A DNA stretch of 64,000 bases from Spirochaetia bacterium (GCA_034520965.1 JAXHMY010000003.1:576001-640000), one strand, 5' to 3'; numbered from the stretch's first letter, positions 19,597 to 29,484 are shown. The notes: generated by a model not told the origin, from the sequence alone. A program made the numbers and translations.

Positions 19597-20349
19597 CTAC
19601 TTCCTGTCTTGAGATTCACTCATAGCTTCATCATAGGAAGTAGTAAACCACTCAGTCTCCGGATCCCTTTTTTTAAGGAAATCCGCTGCATGCTCCTTTC
19701 CTCGATACAGCTCTTTCTCCAGCACCAATAAAGCTGTTTCCAGATCTCTACTCGAAATTGCGTCAAAGAGCTCCGTCAGCTCTTTATGGGTAATAACCGA
19801 ATCGTCCCGGTATTTAAGGGATATCATTCCCAGCTTAAGGAACCTATCCATGTAATTCTCCAGGAGCGAATACAAATGAGTATTTCCGGAGATACGGGGA
19901 AAAAACAGGTGAATACTTTTTTCAAGCTCTAGAAAATTACGCTTGTCGCTCTCCCAATTCCTGAATTGAATTGCCTGTGCGTACTTTCCCATCTGGTTGA
20001 GTCGTTTTTTCATATCCCTTAAATACTTGTCCGTAATCAGTGGTAAGGCCAATTTAATAGCCAGTTTTTCATTTTCCAGACGTACCGGCAACAATTCGAG
20101 GTACTCCTCGTAGGAGATATAATTTACCCGAACGGACTTGCCGGCTTTCGCAACCCAACCGTCTCTGAGCAGCAGCTCAAGCGCCTGTCGTACGGGAGTT
20201 CTACTGACCGTCAGCATTCCCGCCAATTTTCTCTCATTTAGAACCTCACCCTGTTCAAGCTGATCGAACAGAATTGCATTTTTAATTTTCTTGTAAACCG
20301 CATACTTGATTGGTTCCGGCCGTTTAATAGCAAAATCTTCAAAGTCCAC
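19597..20349 (-). CDS. GntR (FadR/FCD subfamily) transcriptional regulator
   Basis: 'VYKKIKNAI..GEVLNERKLAGMLTVSRTPVRQALELL' winged HTH; FCD-like C-domain with 'SGNTHL'. Confidence 0.88.
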   Translation of the reverse strand: MDFEDFAIKRPEPIKYAVYKKIKNAILFDQLEQGEVLNERKLAGMLTVSRTPVRQALELLLRDGWVAKAGKSVRVNYISYEEYLELLPVRLENEKLAIKLALPLITDKYLRDMKKRLNQMGKYAQAIQFRNWESDKRNFLELEKSIHLFFPRISGNTHLYSLLENYMDRFLKLGMISLKYRDDSVITHKELTELFDAISSRDLETALLVLEKELYRGKEHAADFLKKRDPETEWFTTSYDEAMSESQDRK

Positions 20350-20380
20350 GCTTCTATCCTATTTTTAGTAGTCTCTGCTT

Positions 20381-20439
20381 ATGGGTTTTGGGATCCCAGA
20401 ACCCATATACAATTGTACACCCTATTTGACCCAGGTCAA
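20381..20439 (-). promoter_or_regulatory. Promoter (TTGACC-16-TACAAT) and 26-bp palindromic operator upstream of the gntR-ABC-M20 operon
   Basis: ATGGGTTTTGGGATCCCAGAACCCAT at 20381-20406 (one mismatched pair); -35 at 20434-20439. Confidence 0.6.
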
Positions 20440-20440
20440 G

Positions 20441-20485
20441 AAAAAAAAACCGGTACTGCCGCGTTTCCTACACAGCACCACCGGC
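20441..20485 (-). terminator. Probable intrinsic terminator of the Liv-type operon
   Basis: GC-rich imperfect stem CCGGT..GCTGTG / CGCGGCAGTACCGG followed by T9 on minus strand. Confidence 0.55.
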
Positions 20486-20584
20486 AACTTTGTTACAGAT
20501 CCTAAACTATTTTTCTCGGTACTGCCTTTTAAGCTCGCGAGGAAGGCATTCCAACAGCTTATAATTTTTCCCTAAATAGGGAGA

Positions 20585-22354
20585 CTAGGGAGCTTGCCCG
20601 GCAGCATCAAAGTTAACTACCAACCTTTTGAACGCTTCCGGGTCTTCAATTATCAGGGCATGGCCGATATTATCAAAGACCTTTAGTTCGGCCTTTAGAG
20701 CTTCAGCTGTGCGCCGGGCGTGGTCATCACTAATAATCGGATCAAGAGCGCCCCGAATCACTAAAGCTGGGGTGTTAAAACCGGCGGCAGCTTCACTATA
20801 ATCAAACTCGGCCAGAGCAAGGGCATGGTTGAAGTAGGCCTCCCGGTTCATCAGCAGTGCCTCTTTAGTTAAGAGGCTATGCAGGCGTCGATCCTCAGAG
20901 CGGCTGCCCATCACCTTGCCTATGGCGCTCTTCAGTACTCCGTAATGGCGGCGCAAGGCTTCAATACGGGCTTCCGAATCATCCCTTAGGGGCAGGCCGT
21001 CTATCGGTGCCGAATCGATCAGCAGCATCCGGCGGACTTTTTTGGGATACCGTATTGCCAGGGACATAGCAACCGCTCCTCCAAAGGAGTGGCCGGCCAC
21101 ATAACAGGGTCCAAGCCCTAACTGGTCGATGAAAGCGGCCACGTGGTCAGCATAGGTATCGATATCGTCGGTGGTCTCAATGCGGTCGGAACGGCCAAAG
21201 TTCATCAGGTCTATCGCCACAGTGCGGTAGCCGGGCACATCCATAACTTCCCGAAACCACTGGTACGAGCCGGTATTTCCGTGAATGTACAGCAGGACAG
21301 GACCTTCTCCCTGTTCCACATAATACATCTGCTTCCCCTCGATGGTTTCGACAAAGCTGCCCTTTACCGGCTTGAGGCGGTGAAGAAAACGCAGAACCGC
21401 CATATAGGGCACTTGCATCTTGCGGTTCCACATTATGTAAAGCTCGGTAGCAATACCGCTCGGAAGGGCAATCACAAAAATAATAAGCAGTATTCCATAG
21501 ATGAGGGTTAGTGAACCCGGCGGTACTAATTCTTCCAGCACCAGTGCCGGAAGCCCTACAATAATGAAGGATCCAATCAACCCGCCCTCAAGGAGAATCG
21601 CCCCGCCGATGATAATTATCAGCAAGAGGTCGATTGCCGCCATCAGGCCAAAGGTTACCGGTTGAATTACCCCCTGGGTAACCGCATACATCGAGCCGGC
21701 CAGGGCGCAGAAGACGGCACTTACAATAAATGCCTGCAGCTTGTTGGCGGCAAGGTTAGTGCCGTAGGAGCGCGCCGCCACCTGGCTGTCACGAATCATA
21801 CGAAACTTTACCCCGAAGGGCGATTTGAGAATTACCAGCCCGATAGCGTAGAACAACAGAAATAGGACGGTCATGAGAACAAAGGTGGCCACATCTCGAA
21901 TCGGCCCCGACCTCGTAAAGCTAAGGATATGGGGAATGTTGTATACCGGGTTGGGAAAGGGCATGGCACGAATGGCCTGTTCCATACCAACTCCGAATGC
22001 GATGGTGGCGATGGCCAGATAATAGCCGCGCAACCTCAGCGCCGGCAGGCCAATCAGCAGGGCAAACACCGTTGCAATGAGCAGCCCGATGAGAGTTCCC
22101 AACAGCATACCCCCGTATACCCCAGGGAGGAGCTCGGTAAAAATAGCTGTGGAGTAGGCGCCGATAGCCATGAAGGCGGCATGTCCCAGAGAAAGTTGGC
22201 CGGTATTACCGATAATGATCACCATGCCCATACCGGCGATTGCCCAGACTAGCACAAGCGACAAATTTCCCAGAGTATAGGTTCCACCGGTCAGTAGAAA
22301 TGCGAACAGCCCTGCCGTCAGTATCCCGCTCCCAAGTAAGAATATCCGTTTCAC
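20585..22354 (-). CDS. LivM-type ABC permease fused to a C-terminal alpha/beta hydrolase
   Basis: 'GQLSLGHAAFMAIGAY', 'PALRLRGYYLAIAT', 'PSGIA' then 'GEGPVLLYIHGNTGS', nucleophile 'GHSFGG', 'GALDP', 'IGHA'; single uninterrupted 589-aa ORF. Confidence 0.88.
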   Translation of the reverse strand: MKRIFLLGSGILTAGLFAFLLTGGTYTLGNLSLVLVWAIAGMGMVIIIGNTGQLSLGHAAFMAIGAYSTAIFTELLPGVYGGMLLGTLIGLLIATVFALLIGLPALRLRGYYLAIATIAFGVGMEQAIRAMPFPNPVYNIPHILSFTRSGPIRDVATFVLMTVLFLLFYAIGLVILKSPFGVKFRMIRDSQVAARSYGTNLAANKLQAFIVSAVFCALAGSMYAVTQGVIQPVTFGLMAAIDLLLIIIIGGAILLEGGLIGSFIIVGLPALVLEELVPPGSLTLIYGILLIIFVIALPSGIATELYIMWNRKMQVPYMAVLRFLHRLKPVKGSFVETIEGKQMYYVEQGEGPVLLYIHGNTGSYQWFREVMDVPGYRTVAIDLMNFGRSDRIETTDDIDTYADHVAAFIDQLGLGPCYVAGHSFGGAVAMSLAIRYPKKVRRMLLIDSAPIDGLPLRDDSEARIEALRRHYGVLKSAIGKVMGSRSEDRRLHSLLTKEALLMNREAYFNHALALAEFDYSEAAAGFNTPALVIRGALDPIISDDHARRTAEALKAELKVFDNIGHALIIEDPEAFKRLVVNFDAAGQAP

Positions 22355-23280
22355 GCCTTCCTCCCGACTTTCCCTGCAAAGAGCCCCATAGGTTTGAATA
22401 CCAGAATCAAAATGATGAGAAAAAAGATTATAGCTGTCTCATATCCATCCAAGGCCGGAACGATATCAATCAGCCGTTCCAGAACACCAATCATGAGTCC
22501 TCCCCAAATCGCTCCGAATAAACTGCTGAAGCCACCCAAAACTGCCGCGGTAATACCCAGCAGCTGTGTGTTCATTAGCATGGTCGGATGCACCCGGGTG
22601 ATAGGGGCAATCAAGATACCGACCACCACCGCCAGGGTAATCGAGAGGCCCCACACAATCGAGTCGACACGATTGGTATTGATGCCCACCGACTGAGCCC
22701 CCACGGGGTCCTGTCCCCGGGCTCGAATTGCCAGACCTATCTTTGTATATTTCATGAGGGCGGCCATGGACACCGAAATTACCAGGGCAATCAGCATCAC
22801 CGCAATATCGTTCCGCCGAAACACAACCCTTATTCCCTCAAACAAACCGGCCCCCTCAAATATAAAGGGAGGCCCCGGCAGGAGCCGTGGAAAGGATTCA
22901 TAATCCGGGCTCCAGATCAGGTTAGCCGCCCCTTCAAATACCAGCAGCAGACCCAGGGTTATCATAAGCATGCTCGCCGGGGAGACGTGCTTCACCCGGC
23001 GCATGAGCAGTAGATCGATTAAAACACCAAATACCGCCCCTGCTATTAGCCCCACCGGTATCGCCGCGAACAGTGCTAACCGGCCATCCAGTAAATTAAG
23101 ACCGATAAATGTCTGCATCGCACTTAAGGTAATCAGTACACTCACCATAGCCGAGTACCCGTGACTGAAGTTCAGGGTACCCGCCGATCGAAAGATCATC
23201 GCAATCCCAAAGCCCATCAACCCGTAGAGTGCACCCTGTGGAATGCCTATTGTTATTGCTTGAAGTAACTCACTCACCAT
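22351..23280 (-). CDS. LivH-type branched-chain amino acid ABC permease
   Basis: 'GALYGLMGFG..IFRSAGTLNFSHG', 'TKIGLAIRA', 'AAVLGGF', 'KPMGLF'. Confidence 0.92.
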   Translation of the reverse strand: MVSELLQAITIGIPQGALYGLMGFGIAMIFRSAGTLNFSHGYSAMVSVLITLSAMQTFIGLNLLDGRLALFAAIPVGLIAGAVFGVLIDLLLMRRVKHVSPASMLMITLGLLLVFEGAANLIWSPDYESFPRLLPGPPFIFEGAGLFEGIRVVFRRNDIAVMLIALVISVSMAALMKYTKIGLAIRARGQDPVGAQSVGINTNRVDSIVWGLSITLAVVVGILIAPITRVHPTMLMNTQLLGITAAVLGGFSSLFGAIWGGLMIGVLERLIDIVPALDGYETAIIFFLIILILVFKPMGLFAGKVGRKA

Positions 23281-23286
23281 CTGCTC

Positions 23287-23988
23287 CTACATGCCCAAAT
23301 ATGCTTTGCGCAGGCTGTCGTCCTTGAGTATCGCATCGGCATTTCCGGAATGGACGATGCTGCCGTTCTGCATAACATACGCCCGGTCGCTAATCGACAG
23401 CGCCTTGGTCGCATTTTGCTCAACCAACAACACCGACATCTTTTCACGCAGGCCCTTAAGAACCCGAAACATCTCATCAACGATCACCGGAGCTAAACCA
23501 AGAGAGGGCTCATCGAGGAGGAGAACCTCAGGCGAGGCTACCAGTGCCCGCCCAACGGCGAGCATCTGCTGCTCTCCACCGGACAAAGAGCCGGCCAGCT
23601 GGCGGCTTCGTTCACGAAGAATCGGAAACAGCTCATATACCGTGTGTACATTCGCCGCAAAATCACCGCGGACGAAGGTTCCCAGCCGCAGGTTCTCCTC
23701 TACGTTAAGCTCGGGAAATATGCGCCGATTTTCCGGACAAAGCACCATCCCTTTGGTGGTGGGCTCCGTAGAGTTCTTCCGTTTGAGGGCTTCCCCCTTA
23801 AGCTCGACAAGTCCACGGCTTTTGACAATTCCCATTAGCCCAAACAGGGTTGAGGTCTTTCCGGCGCCGTTAGCCCCGAGTATGGAAACAATCTCACCCT
23901 TCTCCAGACTGAAGGAAATTCCCTTTACTGCGTGTATCGGCCCATAAGAGACCTTTAAATCTGATACTTTAAGCACTGGTTTCCTCAC
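23287..23988 (-). CDS. LivF-type ABC ATP-binding protein
   Basis: 'GANGAGKTS', 'PENRRIFPELNVEENL', 'LSGGEQQMLA', 'LLDEPSLGLAP', 'VEQNA', 'AYLG'. Confidence 0.93.
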   Translation of the reverse strand: MRKPVLKVSDLKVSYGPIHAVKGISFSLEKGEIVSILGANGAGKTSTLFGLMGIVKSRGLVELKGEALKRKNSTEPTTKGMVLCPENRRIFPELNVEENLRLGTFVRGDFAANVHTVYELFPILRERSRQLAGSLSGGEQQMLAVGRALVASPEVLLLDEPSLGLAPVIVDEMFRVLKGLREKMSVLLVEQNATKALSISDRAYVMQNGSIVHSGNADAILKDDSLRKAYLGM

Positions 23989-24733
23989 CTAAATACACCC
24001 GAATAACCTCCGGATTGTTGGCTATCTCATTCGGAGTTCCCTCCGCGATCTTCTTCCCAAAACTCATCACTGAAATACGATCCGATATTTTCATTACAAT
24101 ATTCATGTCATGCTCAACCAGCAGAATACTCATGCCTTGCTCACGACAGAGATTCGCCAGAATTTCATCCAGCTCTTCGGTCTCCTGATGGGTCAGTCCG
24201 GCCGCCGGTTCATCGAGCAGCAGCATCTCCGGCTCCGAAATAATGGCCCTTCCAATCTCCACCCGCTTCTGCATCCCGTAGGAAAGGTTCTCCGGTATGT
24301 TGAACAGGACCGAAGTAATTCCCATTGTCTCGGCTACCGCCATAATGCGCTCTTCCACTTCCTGGGCAAACTTCTTATGGGCTCCCAAAAAAATAGAAGG
24401 AAAGGCCTTTCGAAAATGAAACGCATACCCGGCATACAGATTTTCATAGACAGTCATCTTGGTAAACAGCTGCAGGTTTTGAAATGTACGTGCGATTCCC
24501 TTATGAATCATTTTATGGTCCGGAAGGCGGGTTATATCTTTCCCCTTAAAAAAAACCTTGCCCTTAGTTCTCGGTCCTATACGCGTAATGGAGTTAAAGA
24601 GGGTAGTTTTCCCGGCCCCGTTCGGTCCTATCAGGGCATGAATTGTTCCCTTTTCGATTATCATCGAAAAATCATCAACCGCAACCAAACCGCCGAATAC
24701 AACCCCGACGTTGGCTATTTCGAGCATTTTCAT
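23969..24733 (-). CDS. LivG-type ABC ATP-binding protein
   Basis: 'FGGLVAV', 'GPNGAGKTT', 'GIARTFQN', 'LSYGMQKRVEI', 'LLDEPAAG', 'VEHDM'. Confidence 0.93.
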   Translation of the reverse strand: MKMLEIANVGVVFGGLVAVDDFSMIIEKGTIHALIGPNGAGKTTLFNSITRIGPRTKGKVFFKGKDITRLPDHKMIHKGIARTFQNLQLFTKMTVYENLYAGYAFHFRKAFPSIFLGAHKKFAQEVEERIMAVAETMGITSVLFNIPENLSYGMQKRVEIGRAIISEPEMLLLDEPAAGLTHQETEELDEILANLCREQGMSILLVEHDMNIVMKISDRISVMSFGKKIAEGTPNEIANNPEVIRVYLGEETSA

Positions 24734-24761
24734 ACTTTATTGCCTCGTATTTTTATAAAGT

Positions 24762-24788
24762 GCGGGGTGCGAACACGCCGCACCCCGC
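24762..24788 (-). promoter_or_regulatory. Intercistronic stem-loop downstream of the binding-protein gene
   Basis: GCGGGGTGCG...CGCACCCCGC 10-bp stem. Confidence 0.55.
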
Positions 24789-24830
24789 CCAATTTCGCTC
24801 TTCAAATTCCGCAACACAAATCCAAACTTA

Positions 24831-26048
24831 TCAGTTTGGGTCTTTATACTCGATCCACTCACTAACCGGAAACCATTCGCCCTTTTGAACTTCCATAACG
24901 TACATACTCTGCTTACCAAGTCGGCAGGTGGTATCTTCAGGATCATGCTCACTATAGGTAACACCCAGTGCAAGATATCCGTCCCACCCATTCATACTCT
25001 CGAGGGCGTCTACCAGAGCTTCCCGGGTTAAATCTTCACCTGCACGTCTTGCTGCTTCGGTAAAAATTTCGGCGGCAACCATACCTGCTACACCATAGGC
25101 ATTCGGCACAGCCCCTTCTTCGCCAACATAGTCGGCGTACCACTGCCAGGGCGGGAAATCCGGGTTGTCAAAGTCGGCCAGTACCCATGCCATGGACTGA
25201 ACATTTTCCATTACCTCGGCTCCCAGCGCATCTATAAGCGTTTGGTCGGCGTTGGCGTAGGTTAACAGTTTGGTCGGTTTGGTCAAACCAAACTCATATG
25301 CCTGTTCAAGAAATTGGTCACTCTGAGGGCGAAACAGTACGGTCATGATCCCGTCCACATCGGCACTTTCAAAACGGCTGATAGCCGTTGAAAAATCGGT
25401 ATCTCCGCTTTCAACTGAAATTGCCTCTACGATCTCCGCATCGGGATACATCTCGATGGTTTCCATCATCGAATCGTAGGCATCCTGTCCATCCTCTGCT
25501 GCCCTGTAAAGGACACCGAGACGCTTATGGCCAAGCTCTTCTACCAAGTAGTTGACCATTAGGTTTCCTTCCAAGAGGTAATTAGGCTGGAAGGGAAACA
25601 CATATTCTTTAGGCGGTACTGCAAGTTCGGTAGCTCCTCCGCCCTGGTACACAAAGGGTACCCCCCGATCGTTCAAATAATCCATAACCGCCAATACGTT
25701 GGGCGAACCGAGGCTTCCGACCATTGCGAACACTCCATCGCGTTCCACCATCCGGCGGGTTAATGTAGTGGTGCTCGAAGGATCAAACTGATCGTCCGCC
25801 ACTTGCAGGTTCACCTTGCGTCCGTGAATACCACCCTCTTTATTCACATGGGCAAAATAAGCTTGCATACCCTCTGCCAAGGGAGTTCCAATACTGGCTA
25901 CCGGCCCGGATAGAGCCTGGGTACTTCCAATAAATATCTCATCTTCACTTACTCCCGGCGTACCTTCCTGCTGACCGCCGCCGAATACCGGCAGAAGCAA
26001 GACAAGACAAAAAACTACGCTTAAGAACATCATTTTTCTATTTCTCAT
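24831..26048 (-). CDS. Liv/LIVBP-like ABC substrate-binding protein
   Basis: Signal peptide, 'PGVSEDEIFIG..ALSGP', 'VNKEGGIHGRKV', 'DDQFDP', 'GSLGSP'. Confidence 0.9.
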   Translation of the reverse strand: MRNRKMMFLSVVFCLVLLLPVFGGGQQEGTPGVSEDEIFIGSTQALSGPVASIGTPLAEGMQAYFAHVNKEGGIHGRKVNLQVADDQFDPSSTTTLTRRMVERDGVFAMVGSLGSPNVLAVMDYLNDRGVPFVYQGGGATELAVPPKEYVFPFQPNYLLEGNLMVNYLVEELGHKRLGVLYRAAEDGQDAYDSMMETIEMYPDAEIVEAISVESGDTDFSTAISRFESADVDGIMTVLFRPQSDQFLEQAYEFGLTKPTKLLTYANADQTLIDALGAEVMENVQSMAWVLADFDNPDFPPWQWYADYVGEEGAVPNAYGVAGMVAAEIFTEAARRAGEDLTREALVDALESMNGWDGYLALGVTYSEHDPEDTTCRLGKQSMYVMEVQKGEWFPVSEWIEYKDPN

Positions 26049-26189
26049 ATTCTCTCCTTTTATAAAACTAAAAACTAATAAAAACTCACTGAAACTCGGT
26101 CTTCACCGATTCTTTTTCGATGCACTTTCAAGGTGCAGCCGGAGCCCCGCGGATATCCGCAGGGCAGCCGCCCGCATCATAACACTTTT

Positions 26190-27569
26190 TTAGAAGTTCA
26201 CCTTAACACCAGCAGAAATCTGCTGTTTGGGATCGCCAGATTCTATATCGTTCCAAGAAAACGTGTTCCAGTCAAATTGCCGCGCAATACCAGCATTGTC
26301 TTCATTAAGAAATCCGTATGTAGCATACAGAGTTGCCTGTTCCGTTACAGCGTATTCAACACTCACATCTGCAAAATAGCCGGTTCGCGCCTCACGCATT
26401 ATGGAATCCGTAAAACCATGTACTTCTTCAAGTGCTTTCCTTTTATACTCAAAGAAGTGATACATACCACCGGCCACAATAGCGTTCAGGCCGGGGCTTA
26501 CTTCGTAATTTACCCGCGCAGATGCCAATGCCTGATGGTCATCCTCATAACCTGCCCCACCCATATTAAATACATTGGTCGGGTTTACGGTGTTACGCCC
26601 GGAATTGCCGATCATGCTCGAGAAGGTATCGAACCCCGGCTCTACCAGGGCTCCATTGAATACAAACAGTCCCTGCGCCTCGACAACCAGTACCTGAGGC
26701 TGCAGATCGCTGACCTTAGAAAAATCGAGTGCAGGACGCAGCATCGCTGCAAAGTTGAAAGTGTTCCATAATCCTCCACTTTCTGTATTTATTCCACCGA
26801 AAGTACCATCCTCGTTTAGGTCCCCAAATGTATCACGGTCATTGTCTATGGGGAACATAGTGTGTGCGGCAAACTTAAGGTCGATTGGGCCTGCCGGACC
26901 TTCCATGAAGGGACCAACAATGGCAACACTGTCTAGCAGGAACGGAGGAGTTGCTGTGGCATCGCCGACAAAGTAGCCGCCCAAGAGTCCCCAGAGGATC
27001 TTGCTTTGCAGATTATAGCCTACCGCCGCTGCAGCAAACAGGTGACCGTTACTGGAAACGTCTTCGATTCCAACATCCTGGCGGAGGTCGTACAGGGCTA
27101 ACAGGCTCAGAGGGCCACCGAGAACCTTGTCCAGATCGTACTGGTAGGCAATCCGATCGCGACGGTCGCCGGAGGTAGTAAGGCCGTGGCCCCAATTCGC
27201 TTCTTGGCGGCCTACACTCAATTTTCCACCGAGAAAGGGCATCTCCACATAGCCGATATCAAGGCCGAAATTTTCTGTCGAGGAACTATCATCCCACTCG
27301 GTAACTCCTCCGCCGCCGGGTTTACGGTGGTCACCGCTCCAGTACTGGTCGTAGAGGCGCAGGCCTACATGGACCTTTACATCGCCCCCCAGGTCAAAGG
27401 TCGGTGCGATGCGCAGGCTCTGGTAGAATCCCTGAATATCGTCCGCAGTCTCTCCCTGCATAAAACCCTGCAGCTCATAGGAACCGCTCCAGTCCGCGTC
27501 TATGGCCGATACAGTCATCGGCACAAGCATGGCTATCACGATTGCTGCCACTAATAAACTCTTTTTCAT
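26190..27569 (-). CDS. Probable outer-membrane beta-barrel/porin
   Basis: Signal peptide, alternating amphipathic strands, 'LSVGRQEANWGHGL', C-terminal 'ISAGVKVNF' with terminal Phe (BAM signal). Confidence 0.7.
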   Translation of the reverse strand: MKKSLLVAAIVIAMLVPMTVSAIDADWSGSYELQGFMQGETADDIQGFYQSLRIAPTFDLGGDVKVHVGLRLYDQYWSGDHRKPGGGGVTEWDDSSSTENFGLDIGYVEMPFLGGKLSVGRQEANWGHGLTTSGDRRDRIAYQYDLDKVLGGPLSLLALYDLRQDVGIEDVSSNGHLFAAAAVGYNLQSKILWGLLGGYFVGDATATPPFLLDSVAIVGPFMEGPAGPIDLKFAAHTMFPIDNDRDTFGDLNEDGTFGGINTESGGLWNTFNFAAMLRPALDFSKVSDLQPQVLVVEAQGLFVFNGALVEPGFDTFSSMIGNSGRNTVNPTNVFNMGGAGYEDDHQALASARVNYEVSPGLNAIVAGGMYHFFEYKRKALEEVHGFTDSIMREARTGYFADVSVEYAVTEQATLYATYGFLNEDNAGIARQFDWNTFSWNDIESGDPKQQISAGVKVNF

Positions 27570-27614
27570 CTTAGAAACCTCCTGTAATCTTCATCTTTTA
27601 ATTTTTCTGATATG

Positions 27615-27690
27615 TGAATCTATTCTCACCCTAAGTTTGTAAATCGTCAAGTTTTTTCTATAATTTTTTTGTAACATGAATCATCTCTCA
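27615..27690 (-). promoter_or_regulatory. Two TGAATC-N3-TCTCA operator sites flanking the porin promoter
   Basis: TGAATCTATTCTCA 27615-27628 and TGAATCATCTCTCA 27677-27690; minus-strand TTGACG (-35) lies between them. Confidence 0.7.
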
Positions 27691-27694
27691 CAGT

Positions 27695-28432
27695 TTACAA
27701 AGAAAAACCGCCGTCTACTCGCAGCACCTGGCCTGTTATAAAAGAGGCATCGTCGCTTGCCAGGAAGGTAACTGCATTGGCTACCTCCTGCACTTCCCCC
27801 AAACGCTTCAACGAGGTGCGGGAGGTAAAGTTTTCAATAAGCTTATCCGGTACGGTCTCGATCATGGGAGTGTTGATAAATCCCGGAGCCACCGCATTTG
27901 CCCGTACGGCCGCGCCCTTTCGTGCAAACTCCCTAGCCCAGCTTTTGGCCATCGCGACAACACCGGCTTTAGTTGCGGCGTAATTAGTCTGTCCCATATT
28001 CCCGTCAAGGCCTACGATACTCGAGATATTGACAATAGAACCGCTGCCTTGCTGCATCATGAGGGGACCGATTTCACGGGCCATGTTAAAACTCCCCTTT
28101 AAGTTAATGCTGATTACCGCTTCCCAGGCCTCGTCATCCATTTTATGAATAAGAGAATCCTTGGTTATTCCCGCATTATTGATCAGCACATCAATGCGCC
28201 CGTCACTCTCCGTCACTTCTTTGACGAAGCTGCGTATGGCCTCTGGGTCAGTTACATCAAGTTTTACCCCTTTTAAGCCGCTTCCCTCTTTTTCAACCGC
28301 CTCCAGTGCCGAAGCATCGACATCGCAGGCGTAAACCTTTTCAGCCCCGGCGGCAACAAAGCTTTCGGCAATAGTTCTACCGATTCCCTTAGCTCCACCG
28401 GTGACTACACAAATTTTTCCGTGAAGATCCAT
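27695..28432 (-). CDS. fabG: SDR 3-oxoacyl reductase (FabG/acetoacetyl-CoA reductase PhaB-like)
   Basis: 'VTGGAKGIG', 'NNAGITKD', 'NISSIVG..GNMGQTNYAATKAG', 'VAPGFINT'; 'ACDVD' after beta2 suggests NAD(H) preference. Confidence 0.85.
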   Translation of the reverse strand: MDLHGKICVVTGGAKGIGRTIAESFVAAGAEKVYACDVDASALEAVEKEGSGLKGVKLDVTDPEAIRSFVKEVTESDGRIDVLINNAGITKDSLIHKMDDEAWEAVISINLKGSFNMAREIGPLMMQQGSGSIVNISSIVGLDGNMGQTNYAATKAGVVAMAKSWAREFARKGAAVRANAVAPGFINTPMIETVPDKLIENFTSRTSLKRLGEVQEVANAVTFLASDDASFITGQVLRVDGGFSL

Positions 28433-28464
28433 CCATTTTCCTCCTTTTTTTCTATTAAATCAGA

Positions 28465-29484
28465 TTAGTATTCGGGATAATCTCCCCAATGAACCACGGT
28501 AGAGGCCCATACAAAGCCCAGTCCGGCCCCGACCATAACAATCTTGTCCCCATCGTTTATTTTTCCCTGTTCCACACCCAATTCAATTGAGTGAACCTGA
28601 TCGTTCTGCCCCAAATGACCGTACTCATCCAGATAAGTGGTCTGGCTCGCCTTTAAGTTAAGCTCTTTAAGTACCGCATCATGGGCGGAGCGCTTGAAAT
28701 GCAGAATTGCCAGATAATCGATGTGCTCGTCAGTAAGCCCGCCGGAGCGCTTCAGTGATTCGCGTATCACATGATAAAAGTTAGGCATGGTACGTTCACC
28801 GAGTTTTTTCTTGAAAGACTCCACATCCCTTACCACAAAATGCGCCTTCTCGGCATCTTCCGACTTGGGAGGCCAGGCTTTAGCCCCTAGAACAGGAACC
28901 ACACAATCTTCGGCAAAACTGCCGTCGCCCCGGAAGGATGACCCCAGAACCACATTGTGGTTGTACCCCTTCTCCAGCAAAACCGCCGCCCCGGAGGCAC
29001 CGATATCCGCCATAAAGCTGGTTTCCTTTACGCTTAGATCGATAAGGTCCACGTTGCGATATCCACTTACCAGCAGCACACGGTGTAACTCGTCCTTGGC
29101 AAGGAGCATGGATTTAGCCACATCAAGGCCGGCCATCATAGAACCGCACATCGCCTCCATATCGAAGGACCAGGCATTTTCGGCCCCCAGTTCATGGGCA
29201 ACCTTCAGACCGGCAAGCCAGCAGGGATAATCCTTATGCTGCCCCCCGTTCCAAATAACCAAATCGATATCCCCGGGGTCGATTCCCGCCTGCTCTACCG
29301 CCCTTCTCGCCGCCTGAAGTCCCATATAGCTGGGGGAATCCTCAGGGCCGGGAATCGGCTTTTGCTTCACCCCGAACTTACGGGCAATTACATCCTCGGG
29401 TATACCCGTTTTTTCTCCTATCTCAGCTGCAGTCATTACTCTTGTGGGTAAGTAAGTACCTAAGCCCCGAATGCCTATATTCAT
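28465..29484 (-). CDS. 3-oxoacyl-ACP synthase III-like protein (non-canonical, Cys-His-His)
   Basis: 'GIRGLGTYLP', 'FDMEAMCGS', 'YLAILHFKRSAH', 'YLDEYGHLGQND', 'GAGLGFVWA'. Confidence 0.88.
   Translation of the reverse strand: MNIGIRGLGTYLPTRVMTAAEIGEKTGIPEDVIARKFGVKQKPIPGPEDSPSYMGLQAARRAVEQAGIDPGDIDLVIWNGGQHKDYPCWLAGLKVAHELGAENAWSFDMEAMCGSMMAGLDVAKSMLLAKDELHRVLLVSGYRNVDLIDLSVKETSFMADIGASGAAVLLEKGYNHNVVLGSSFRGDGSFAEDCVVPVLGAKAWPPKSEDAEKAHFVVRDVESFKKKLGERTMPNFYHVIRESLKRSGGLTDEHIDYLAILHFKRSAHDAVLKELNLKASQTTYLDEYGHLGQNDQVHSIELGVEQGKINDGDKIVMVGAGLGFVWASTVVHWGDYPEY

Noticed and set aside
22351..26048. Leucine/isoleucine/valine uptake system
   Set aside because: Family assignment is right, but the hydrolase fusion, porin and shared operator with CoA enzymes argue for a non-amino-acid cargo.
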